A DNA stretch of 64,000 bases from Pseudomonas aeruginosa PAO1 (GTDB lineage: Bacteria; Pseudomonadota; Gammaproteobacteria; Pseudomonadales; Pseudomonadaceae). The stretch lies in NCBI RefSeq assembly GCF_000006765.1, contig NC_002516.2, one strand, 5' to 3'. The notes below the pieces were generated by a model. It saw only the letters and a list, made by a program, of their open reading frames with translations. It searched no databases and had not been told where the DNA came from. Every line of letters starts with the position of its first letter. Within the stretch, counting starts at the first letter, position 1. The translations under genes were made by a program, and so were the position numbers. This document shows, piece by piece, positions 34,307-42,912 of this stretch.

Positions 34307-35872
34307 TCAGTCCGGCCGGCGCGTGGCCAGGCGCAGGCCGGAGCCGCGGGCGAGGGCTGCCGGCCTGACGCAACGGACCCGGTAGCGGCCGCGCTCATCG
34401 ATCTCGATGCCCTGCAACTCGGGAGCGAAACCGGGAAAGTGCTCGCCGAAGGCCTGCAAGGCCAGCAGGTAGTCGATCAGCGCCGGTGATTCCTCGGCCA
34501 CCCGTTCGCCGGGCAACAGCAGCGGCGTGGCCGCCGGATGGACGCCGACCAGGCTGGCGACCACACGGCCGCCGAGCCTGTCGATCGCCACCGCTTCGGT
34601 TTCGTCCCTGACCAGGTGCCCATAGACCGTGGCCGGCGCCAGCGCGGCGTGGCCGGCAGCCCTGGCGGCGGCGTCGGCGAGGGCGGTCAGGTGCAGCCGC
34701 AGGCTGGCTTCGTGGATCATCGCGCAGAGTTCGCGCAGGCCGATGTAGCGGTACAGCGGCGAGCTGTCGAGCAACTCCGGCAACACCTGCTTCAGCGGCG
34801 CATCGTCGTCGTGCCGGCGTTTGAATTCGCACAGCCTGTCCACCAGCGGCTGCGCGTGTTCCGCCCTGGCGCCCTGGGGAAACAGCAGCAGGAAGCGATA
34901 GTCGCCGGTGCGCAACGGGGCGATGCCGTGCCGGCGCAGGTAGCGGCAGACCACCGCGGCGGGTACTCCGAAGCTGGCCGGGCGACCGCGCGAATCGAGG
35001 CCGGGGGCGCTCAGGGCGACGCGCAGCGGGTCCAGCCGAGGACTGCTGTCGAGTGTCTCGGCGAGCCCGTGCCAGCGCTTCGCCGGCGTCTCCCGGCCGG
35101 CCTCGATGCCAGGCCCCGGGTTGCCCCGCAGTATCTCGAAGAACCACGTATCGCCATCCTCCCTGGCGAGCCGCGCAGCGGCTTCCCAGAGCGCCCGGCG
35201 AAAGGCCTCGGCGATGTCGCCGGCGTGCGCCGCCGGGGCTCCTGCGGACGTCTTGCGGTAGGCCGTGGAGAGGTCGTTCAGCGGTGTCGCCAGGCGCTCC
35301 GCGGTGCTCCCCGAGCCGATCCGCCACTGCTTGGCCGGCGCCAAGTCGAGGCGTGCGCGGCCGTTGTAGCGGGCGCTCACCGGCGTGCGCGGGACCGGCG
35401 GGGCATAGTCGCGCAGCCGCCTGGGGCCTGCCGGGGCGCGCCATTCGCGCAGGTCGCTGTCGATGCGCTCGGCGATGAAGCGTGCGGGGCCGGCGGCCAG
35501 GTTGAAGCATCCCTGGGCCTCGTCCAGTAGCTGGCTGGACAACTGCTCGATGCGCAGTTGACGAAACAACAGGAACAGCGGGATGGACGGCGCGACCTGG
35601 CGGAGTTCATCGAGGGCCGCCAATTGTGCGGCCTCGTTCTCGCCTGTCGGCTCCGCGACGAGCAGGAGGATGCCGGCGGGGTGCGCGGCGTTGCCGAGAA
35701 AATCCAGGGCGACCTTGCGGCTTGGCGCCTGGAAGAGCCGATAGCCGCGTATTTCCAGTTGTCGACAAAGCTCGGAAAGACGATTCGCATCATTGGCCGC
35801 GTTTATGTTGGAAGTGACGAGTATTGAATGACGCGAAGGATTGTTTCGAGACATGCTGTTGTCCTTGTCCAT
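34307..35872 (-). CDS. Orn/Lys/Arg decarboxylase-like protein lacking most of the PLP-binding domain
   Basis: Wing domain and C-terminal domains recognisable (LDPLRV...PG, FPGFAPELQG); no DEAW or STHK-type motifs; ~521 aa. Confidence 0.75.
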   Translation of the reverse strand: MDKDNSMSRNNPSRHSILVTSNINAANDANRLSELCRQLEIRGYRLFQAPSRKVALDFLGNAAHPAGILLLVAEPTGENEAAQLAALDELRQVAPSIPLFLLFRQLRIEQLSSQLLDEAQGCFNLAAGPARFIAERIDSDLREWRAPAGPRRLRDYAPPVPRTPVSARYNGRARLDLAPAKQWRIGSGSTAERLATPLNDLSTAYRKTSAGAPAAHAGDIAEAFRRALWEAAARLAREDGDTWFFEILRGNPGPGIEAGRETPAKRWHGLAETLDSSPRLDPLRVALSAPGLDSRGRPASFGVPAAVVCRYLRRHGIAPLRTGDYRFLLLFPQGARAEHAQPLVDRLCEFKRRHDDDAPLKQVLPELLDSSPLYRYIGLRELCAMIHEASLRLHLTALADAAARAAGHAALAPATVYGHLVRDETEAVAIDRLGGRVVASLVGVHPAATPLLLPGERVAEESPALIDYLLALQAFGEHFPGFAPELQGIEIDERGRYRVRCVRPAALARGSGLRLATRRPD

Positions 35873-35937
35873 TCGAACCGCTCGGTTTCGCCGGCAAAAG
35901 CGTCGCCCGGCACGCCGAAGGCTCTCGCGAGGCGCGA

Positions 35938-36630
35938 CTAGTGATTGATGATGTACTTGGCGCTGGCGAAGGTCGGCGGGATATAGAAGTTCCACTTCTT
36001 TTGCCGGGCGAGTGCCTTGAAGGCGCCGATGCAACTGCAACCGACCTTCTGGAAGATGTTGCTCTTGTGAAACTTGACGGTACTCAGGGAGCGGCTGATC
36101 TGTTCGGCTATTTCTTTTTCCGAGAGACCGGAAAGCAGCAGGTAGATCACGTCCCATTCGCGCGAGGTGAACAACTCCGAGGGGGGCGTGAAGGTGAAGG
36201 TACCGATGCCGTCGGTGGCGATGAAGCCGCGCGGGGCGACCGAGGTCAGGGTCTTGGCATGGGCGATCACCCCGGTGCGGTTGCCGCGCCGGTCATACAG
36301 CGGCATGCGCTCGAAGTACAGGCAGCAGGGCGCCGGATGGTCGTCCGGCCTGAGCAGCGCCAGGGCCTCGATGCGCTTGCCGGTCTGGATGACCAGCTTG
36401 TCGTGCTCTTCGATGCTGGCACTGAAGGGGGACAGCAGGGAGTTCTTCTGGCCGAACCGCGGGGTGATCAGTTCGGTATAGCGACGATTGACATAGACGA
36501 AGTTGAGACAGTTGTCTTTCACACTCCAGGCCTCTTCGCTCTGCTCCCAGGAAATGATCAGTTCGATGGGAATGTGCACCGACATGTGGTGAGTCATGTC
36601 CAGCAGCTTTTCGATATCCAATAGCGTCAT
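35938..36630 (-). CDS. PAS-domain LuxR-type HTH regulator
   Basis: AWSVKD..FVYVN PAS start; FTSREWDVIYLLLSGLSEKEIA HTH. Confidence 0.85.
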   Translation of the reverse strand: MTLLDIEKLLDMTHHMSVHIPIELIISWEQSEEAWSVKDNCLNFVYVNRRYTELITPRFGQKNSLLSPFSASIEEHDKLVIQTGKRIEALALLRPDDHPAPCCLYFERMPLYDRRGNRTGVIAHAKTLTSVAPRGFIATDGIGTFTFTPPSELFTSREWDVIYLLLSGLSEKEIAEQISRSLSTVKFHKSNIFQKVGCSCIGAFKALARQKKWNFYIPPTFASAKYIINH

Positions 36631-37064
36631 TGGCTACTCCACTCATTTACATGTGGGCGGGTCTTTGAATGGAAGAAAGATGGCGAGGCGAGTGCGTGCC
36701 GGGATGTTCGTTGGGACCTGCGGAAGTTTCTCTGGCAAGTGCTATCTTCTTTTCGGTGGCGTTCGACTCCTGCGTCTGCGAAGTGTTACCGGAGCAACTA
36801 CGCCGGGGCGCAATTCGATTTCAGGTTATATCCGCGACCTCATGCCCAGGCTGTACTTTTGATCGAGTTTTTTTGCGCTGTTCTAATAGGGGGCGGGCGC
36901 GTTGTTCGAAAAGTCGATTGACAGCTGACGGAGGTGGCCAGGGTCCTATCGAACAATTCCAGGAATTCCCTTTTTCCAATGCGCGATGCCACCGGTCCGT
37001 ACTTCGCTCGCCGGGGCCGTTGCGCGGCTATGGTGGAAGTCCCGAGGCCTATCGAGGCTTTGTC

Positions 37065-37403
37065 ATGTCGCGTGTGCTTTTCCTGCTCCTGGCCATGGTG
37101 CTCGCCGGCCTGGGCCAACCGACCCTCGCCGCGCCCCTGCCGGACGAGCTGCCGGCAGCGTTGCCCGCCGCGCCGCCGGTCGCGCCGTTGCCCATGGGCA
37201 GCGCGCCACAGCCGCAACCGGAAGCCGCCGAGCCGGACCTGCCGGGTAGCGACGCGGCCAGCGCCGACGGGGAGGCGACGACCAAGGACGGCTTGAAGAT
37301 CGGCAACGGCAGTCTCCGCCTGCGCCAGGACGATCCCGGGCCGACCCGGGAAAGCCCGCTGCGCGATCCCCGCCTGAATCCCTACGCACCGCGCCAGCCC
37401 TGA
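37065..37403 (+). CDS. Secreted Pro/Ala-rich hypothetical protein (112 aa)
   Basis: Signal peptide MSRVLFLLLAMVLAGLGQPTLA. Confidence 0.7.
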   Translation: MSRVLFLLLAMVLAGLGQPTLAAPLPDELPAALPAAPPVAPLPMGSAPQPQPEAAEPDLPGSDAASADGEATTKDGLKIGNGSLRLRQDDPGPTRESPLRDPRLNPYAPRQP

Positions 37404-37514
37404 CCGACGGCCCGCGCCCGGTGGTCGGGCGGGTCTAGGCTTGTGCTGCGGTCGGCGGCGTTCCACGGCGAGCGCCGACCGTTCGTCCGCGCCGCGGGCT
37501 TTTTTCCCCGCCAC

Positions 37515-37541
37515 TGTCGAAAGGCGCCCTCGCCGGGCGAC
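37515..37541 (+). promoter_or_regulatory. ECF42-type promoter
   Basis: TGTCGA-N17-CGAC; same architecture at 42423-42449. Confidence 0.7.
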
Positions 37542-37585
37542 TACCGAACGAACGGATCGTCGATCCGCACCAGGAGCCCACCGCC

Positions 37586-37936
37586 ATGAAATACCTCTGC
37601 CTGATCTATTTCGACGAAGCGAAGCTGGCCGCCGTGCCGGCCGAGGAGCTTGCCGCCATCGTCGACGAGTGCATGACCTACTCCGACCAGTTGGGCAAGG
37701 CCGGCCACTACATCGCCTCGCACGCCCTGCAGTCGGTGCAGACCGCCACCACCCTGCGCCACCAGGGCGGGCGGCTGGCGATGACCGACGGGCCGTTCGC
37801 CGAGACCAAGGAGCAACTCGGCGGCTTCTACCTGATCGAGGCGCGCGACCTCAACCAGGCCCTGCAGATCGCCGCGAAGATTCCGCCGGGACGGCTCGGC
37901 TGCGTCGAGGTGCGACCGGTCAAGGAATGGGAGTGA
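37586..37936 (+). CDS. YciI/DGPF-family protein
   Basis: DGPFAETKEQLGGFY motif. Confidence 0.92.
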   Translation: MKYLCLIYFDEAKLAAVPAEELAAIVDECMTYSDQLGKAGHYIASHALQSVQTATTLRHQGGRLAMTDGPFAETKEQLGGFYLIEARDLNQALQIAAKIPPGRLGCVEVRPVKEWE

Positions 37937-37961
37937 GGGCGCCCGGCGCCGGAGGTGAAGT

Positions 37962-38114
37962 ATGTGCCCCCTGTGCATCGCATCCCTGTCCCTGGTGTGC
38001 GCCGGCGGCGCTTCGCTGGCCGGCTTCGCCCTGGCGACCGGGCGCCGGCGCCGCTGGCGGAACGACCCCGGGCAGGCTGGAAAACCGAGAATTTCCGTGG
38101 AGAATCGGCAATGA
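37962..38114 (+). CDS. Small CxxC membrane protein (50 aa, MCPLCIASLSLVCAGG...)
   Basis: GGAGGTG SD; hydrophobic segment followed by RRRR; stop overlaps the DUF899 start (ATGA). Confidence 0.7.
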   Translation: MCPLCIASLSLVCAGGASLAGFALATGRRRRWRNDPGQAGKPRISVENRQ

Positions 38115-38860
38115 ATCCTTCTTTGCAGGACCACCCGGTGAGCAGCCGGGAACAATGGCTGGACGCCCGTCGCCGCCTGCTGGCGCGGGAAAAGCAACTC
38201 ACCCGCCTGCGCGACCAGGTCGCCGCCGAACGACGCGAACTGCCCTGGGTCAGGGTGGACAAGGACTACCGCTTCCAGGGCGAGCGCGGTGAGCGTTCGC
38301 TGGCCGAGTTGTTCGGCGGCAATAGCCAGCTAATCGTCTACCACTTCATGTTCGCGCCGGGCTGGAGCGAAGGCTGCGTCGGCTGTTCGTTCCTCGCCGA
38401 CCACATCGACGGCGCCAACCGGCACCTGGCGCACCACGACGTCAGCCTGGTGGCGGTATCGCGCGCGCCCCTGGAAGAGTTCCAGGCGTTCCGCCGGCGC
38501 ATGGGCTGGCGTTTCGACTGGTACTCCTCGTACGGCAGCGATTTCAACCGTGACTTCGGGGTGTCCTTCGACAAGGCGCAACTGGCCGCCGGCAGCGTCG
38601 ACTACAACTACCAGCCGACCCCCGACGCCGGCGAGGAAATGCCGGGTGCCAGCGTGTTCCTGCGCAATCCGGCGGGCGAGGTGTTCCACACCTATTCGGC
38701 CTATGCGCGCGGCCTCGACATCCTGCTCACCACCTACACCTTCCTCGACCTGACGCCCAAGGGGCGCAACGAGGACGCGATCATGGACTGGCTGCGTCAC
38801 CACGACCGCTACGACGAGGCGCCGAAAAGCGCCTGCTGCCATGCGCAGGCCAGCCATTGA
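38111..38860 (+). CDS. DUF899 thioredoxin-like protein
   Basis: RRELPWVRVDKDY, YHFMF, GCVGCSF, HTYS.YARG motifs. Confidence 0.9.
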   Translation: MNPSLQDHPVSSREQWLDARRRLLAREKQLTRLRDQVAAERRELPWVRVDKDYRFQGERGERSLAELFGGNSQLIVYHFMFAPGWSEGCVGCSFLADHIDGANRHLAHHDVSLVAVSRAPLEEFQAFRRRMGWRFDWYSSYGSDFNRDFGVSFDKAQLAAGSVDYNYQPTPDAGEEMPGASVFLRNPAGEVFHTYSAYARGLDILLTTYTFLDLTPKGRNEDAIMDWLRHHDRYDEAPKSACCHAQASH

Positions 38861-40101
38861 GGGAGCACGGCGAGCCGTTGCGCAGCCGCATCGAGGCGCT
38901 GTACCGCGAGGAGTCGCGGCGCGTGCTGGCGACCCTTATCCGCCTGCTCGGCGATTTCGAGCTGGCCGAGGAGGCCTTGCACGACGCCTTCATCGCCGCC
39001 GTCGAGCAGTGGCCGCGCGACGGTATCCCGCGCAACCCGCGCGCCTGGCTGGTTTCCGCTGGGCGCTTCAAGGCCATCGACAACCTGCGCCGGCGAGCGC
39101 GTTTCGACGCCTCGCAGCGACTGCTCGCCGAGCAACTGGAAGAGCAGGCCGAGGCGCCGGCGGAGGAGGGCGATGCGGTGGAAGACGACCGGCTACGCCT
39201 GATCTTCACCTGCTGCCACCCGGCGCTGACCCCCGAGGCACAGGTGGCGCTGACCCTGCGCGAGGTCTGCGACCTGCGCACCGAGGAGATCGCCCGCGCC
39301 TTCCTCGCCGCGCCCAGCGCCATCGCCCAACGCATCGTGCGGGCCAAGAACAAGATCCGCGAGGCCCGGATTCCCTACCAGGTACCGACCCTGGAGGAAC
39401 TCCCCGAGCGGCTGGGCAACGTCCTGCAAGTGATCTACCTGGTGTTCAACGAGGGCTACTCGGCCTCCACCGGCGCCAGCCTGACCCGCGCCGATCTCAG
39501 CGGCGAGGCGATCCGCGTCGGCCGCCTGCTGGTCGAGCTGCTGCCCGACCCCGAGGCCCTCGGCCTGCTCGCCCTGATGTTGCTGCACGACTCGCGGCGC
39601 CAGGCGCGGATCTCGGCCAGCGGCGAACTGGTGCGGCTCGACGAGCAGGACCGCGCTCTGTGGGATCGTGGACTGATCGTCGAGGGGCTCGGCCTGGTCG
39701 AGCGGGCCCTGGCCAGCCGCCGCGTCGGGCCCTACACCCTGCAGGCGGCGATCGTTGCGGTGCATGCCCAGGCGCCGCGCGCCGAGGACACCGACTGGGC
39801 ACGGATCGTCGCCCTCTACGACGCGCTGCTGTACCTGGCGCCGTCGCCGGTGGTCGAACTCAACCGCGCCGTGGCCTTGGCCATGCGCGATGGCGTCGAG
39901 GTCGGGCTGGCCGTGGTCGATGCGTTGCTGGCGCGAGGTGAACTGGCCGATTACCACCTGGCGCACTCGGCGCGTGCCGACTTCTGCCGCCGTCTCGGTC
40001 GCCGCCGCGAGGCCCGCGAGGCCTACCGCGCGGCGCTGGCCCTGGCGCGCCAGGAGCCGGAGCGGCGCTTCATCGAGCAGCGCCTGCGCGAACTCGATTG
40101 A
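38857..40101 (+). CDS. ECF sigma factor with long C-terminal TPR-like extension (ECF42 type)
   Basis: DFELAEEAL region 2, LRLIFTCCHPAL, GPYTLQAAI; flanked by DGPF genes. Confidence 0.88.
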   Translation: MREHGEPLRSRIEALYREESRRVLATLIRLLGDFELAEEALHDAFIAAVEQWPRDGIPRNPRAWLVSAGRFKAIDNLRRRARFDASQRLLAEQLEEQAEAPAEEGDAVEDDRLRLIFTCCHPALTPEAQVALTLREVCDLRTEEIARAFLAAPSAIAQRIVRAKNKIREARIPYQVPTLEELPERLGNVLQVIYLVFNEGYSASTGASLTRADLSGEAIRVGRLLVELLPDPEALGLLALMLLHDSRRQARISASGELVRLDEQDRALWDRGLIVEGLGLVERALASRRVGPYTLQAAIVAVHAQAPRAEDTDWARIVALYDALLYLAPSPVVELNRAVALAMRDGVEVGLAVVDALLARGELADYHLAHSARADFCRRLGRRREAREAYRAALALARQEPERRFIEQRLRELD

Positions 40102-40108
40102 AGCCGGC

Positions 40109-41320
40109 TCAGGCGCCGTTGGCGCAGGCCGTACGCGCTTCGCCGCCAACGCCACGGGTGAACCACCAGAACGCCAGGGCCGCCAGGCTGATCGCCGCGC
40201 CGAGCAGGCTCACCGCGTCCCAGCCGGCCCAGGCGTACATGGCGGTGCCGGCGCTGGCGCCGAGGCCGCTGCCGGCGGCGTAGAACAGCATGTAGCAACC
40301 CACCAGGCGGCTGTGGGCGCGCGGGTCGATGGCGAAGACCAGGCTCTGGTTGAGCACATGGATCGCCTGGCCGGCGAGATCGAGCAGCAGCACGCCGAGA
40401 ATCAGCGCCGCCAGCGAATGCGCGCCGAGGGCGAGCGGCAGCCAGGACAGCAGCAACAGCAGCAGGGCGCCGCCGCTGAGCGCCTGGGCGTGGCCGCGAT
40501 CGGCCAGGCTGCCGGCCCGCGCCGCGCCCAGCGCGCCGAGCGCGCCGACCAGGCCGAAGGCGCCGATGGCGCTGTGCGACAGCGAATGCGGCGGCGCGCC
40601 GAGCAGCAATACCAGGCTGCTCCAGAACACCCCGAAGGCGGCGAACATCAACAGCCCGAGCAGGCCGCGCACCTGCAGCACGCGCTGGCTCGCCAGCAGG
40701 TCGAACATCGAGCCGAGCAGTTGCCGGTAGGTCAGCCCCAGTTCGTTGCTCGGCGCCGCCGGCAGTACCCGCCAGAGCAGCAGGCCGAGCCCGCCCATGC
40801 TCGCTGCCGAGACCAGGTAGACGCTGCGCCAGCCGCCGAGGTCGGCGAGCAGCCCGGCCAGGCTGCGCGCCAGCAGCAGGCCGATCACCACGCCGCCCTG
40901 CGCCGCGCCGACCACCCGCCCGCGCTCGCCAGGCGCCGCCAGCGCCGCGGCGTAGGCCAGCAGTCCCTGGGTCATGGCGGTGCCGAGCAGGCCCAGTCCG
41001 AGCAGCCCCAGCGCCAGGCCGAGGGTATCGCCGGCGAAGCCCACCAGCAGCAGCGACAGCACCAGCAGCAGGAGCTGGACGAACATCAGCCGGCGCCGCT
41101 CCAGCAGGTCGCCCAGCGGCACCACCAGCAGCAGCGCCAGGGCGCAACCGGCCTGGGTCGTGCCGAACAGCAGGCCGACCCCGGCCTGGCCGATGGCGAA
41201 CTCGGCACCGAGGACGTCCAGCAGCGGCTGGGCGTAATAGACGTTGGCCACGCTGAGACCGCAGGCGACGGCGAACAGCAGCACCAGCGCGGAGGGGAGG
41301 GAGGATGGCGAGGATGGCAT
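40109..41320 (-). CDS. MFS transporter (YnfM/YgaY-like)
   Basis: VANVYYAQPLL and VPLGDLLERRRL motifs. Confidence 0.9.
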   Translation of the reverse strand: MPSSPSSLPSALVLLFAVACGLSVANVYYAQPLLDVLGAEFAIGQAGVGLLFGTTQAGCALALLLVVPLGDLLERRRLMFVQLLLLVLSLLLVGFAGDTLGLALGLLGLGLLGTAMTQGLLAYAAALAAPGERGRVVGAAQGGVVIGLLLARSLAGLLADLGGWRSVYLVSAASMGGLGLLLWRVLPAAPSNELGLTYRQLLGSMFDLLASQRVLQVRGLLGLLMFAAFGVFWSSLVLLLGAPPHSLSHSAIGAFGLVGALGALGAARAGSLADRGHAQALSGGALLLLLLSWLPLALGAHSLAALILGVLLLDLAGQAIHVLNQSLVFAIDPRAHSRLVGCYMLFYAAGSGLGASAGTAMYAWAGWDAVSLLGAAISLAALAFWWFTRGVGGEARTACANGA

Positions 41321-41487
41321 GCGAAGCGCTCCGTAAGGTTTCAATATGAAACTAAAGCGGAGGCTAGGAATTTTGGTTTTAAAATGCAACCTAAATTATC
41401 GCAGCAGTGCGTCTATCGATCGCGACTCGCGCACAGTGGAACGCGGGCCCGCCGCCGATTCACCTGGCGGCGGGCCCGCGTACGACG

Positions 41488-41901
41488 CTACCGGTCCTGC
41501 TCGCAGTTGACCATCCAGGCCACGCCGAAGCGGTCGGTGAACATGCCGAAGCTCGCCGCCCAGAAGGTCGGGCCCAGCGGCATCTGGACCGAGCCGCCCT
41601 CGGCGAGGGCGTTGAACAGGCGCTCGGCCTCGGCCTTGCTGTCGACGTTGAGGCTGATGGAACAGCCCTTGATGCCTTCGTAGGGATAGGCCGGGTGATT
41701 GTCCGAGGCCATCAGGGCGAAGCTGCCGACCACCAGCCGTGCGTGCATGATCTTGTCTTTCCAGTCGGCCGGGATGTCGCCGCACTCGGGGCTGTCGCCG
41801 AACGGCAGCATGGCCTCCAGGGTGCCGCCCAGGTGCTGGTGGTAGCAGCTGAAGGCCTCCCGGCAATTACCGTTGAAGATCAGGTAGGGGACGATTTGCA
41901 T
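41488..41901 (-). CDS. VOC/PhnB (glyoxalase-like) protein
   Basis: PYLIFNGNCREA, IMHARL, DRFGVAWMVN. Confidence 0.92.
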   Translation of the reverse strand: MQIVPYLIFNGNCREAFSCYHQHLGGTLEAMLPFGDSPECGDIPADWKDKIMHARLVVGSFALMASDNHPAYPYEGIKGCSISLNVDSKAEAERLFNALAEGGSVQMPLGPTFWAASFGMFTDRFGVAWMVNCEQDR

Positions 41902-41937
41902 GGCGCTTTCCTCGTTCTTGGCGGAGTGCGGGGCGGT

Positions 41938-42363
41938 TCAGTTGCGTTTTTCCAGCTCGGCGCGCAGGCGCTCCTCGCGCTCGCGCAGTTCCGGGGTGAA
42001 CTCCTCGCCGAAGTCCTCGGCCTCGAAGACCTGGCGGATCTCGATCTCGGATTCGCCGTCGAATGGGTTCGGGCATCGCTTGACCCACTCGATGGCCTCT
42101 TCCAGGGAGGCCACCTGGAACATCCAGAAACCGGCGATCAGCTCGCGGGTCTCGGCGAAGGGGCCGTCGATCACCGTCCGCGCGTTGCCGGAGAAACGCA
42201 CCCGGGCGCCCTTGGCGCTGGGCTGTAGCCCTTCGCCGGCGAGCATCACCCCGGCCTTGACCAGTTCCTCGTTGTAGCGGCCCATCGCCGCGAGCAGTTC
42301 CTCGCTGGGCATCTCGCCGGCTTCGGAAGCCTGGGTGGCCTTGACGATCACCATGAATCTCAT
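41938..42363 (-). CDS. YciI/DGPF-family protein
   Basis: DGPFAETRELIAGFW; start at MRFMVIVKA. Confidence 0.92.
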   Translation of the reverse strand: MRFMVIVKATQASEAGEMPSEELLAAMGRYNEELVKAGVMLAGEGLQPSAKGARVRFSGNARTVIDGPFAETRELIAGFWMFQVASLEEAIEWVKRCPNPFDGESEIEIRQVFEAEDFGEEFTPELREREERLRAELEKRN

Positions 42364-42422
42364 CTGCGTTCTCCTTGTTGTTCTGCGCAATGACGGCCCG
42401 TTCTGGCCCGCCTCCCGAACTG

Positions 42423-42449
42423 GTCGAACGGCGGGCCGGCGGATCGACA
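42423..42449 (-). promoter_or_regulatory. ECF42-type promoter
   Basis: Minus strand TGTCGA-N17-CGAC. Confidence 0.7.
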
Positions 42450-42620
42450 GGCGACGGCGGTTTTTTCGCTGGCCGGGGCAGTATAGGAGGCCCGCGCCGA
42501 GCGGCCGGGATGGCCGACGAGCGTCGCTGCGGAGTGTGCCGACCGCTGGGCGGGCCGCGCCAGCCGTGGCCTGCAGGGCTTCTACACTGTTCCAGCAGAG
42601 CCATTTTCGCGAGCCTCTGC

Positions 42621-42890
42621 ATGCCCCGTATCGTCTTCGCCCCGGCCATCCAGCGGCACGTCGCCATGCCCGCGCTGGATGTCGGCGCCGCCACCGTCGC
42701 CGCCGCCTTGCAGGCGGCCTTCGCCCGCGAGCCGCGCCTGCGCGGCTACCTGCTCGACGACCAGGGCAGCCTGCGCCGGCATGTGGCGCTGTTCGTCGAT
42801 GGCGTGCAGGTCCGCGATCGCCGGGGATTGGGCGATCCGCTCCAAGACGATAGCGAGATCTACGTGGTGCAGGCGCTGAGCGGCGGTTGA
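42621..42890 (+). CDS. MoaD/ThiS ubiquitin-like protein
   Basis: LRRHVALFVDG; C-terminal ALSGG di-glycine; 89 aa. Confidence 0.88.
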   Translation: MPRIVFAPAIQRHVAMPALDVGAATVAAALQAAFAREPRLRGYLLDDQGSLRRHVALFVDGVQVRDRRGLGDPLQDDSEIYVVQALSGG

Positions 42891-42912
42891 CCATGACAGA
42901 GGAGGACATCCG

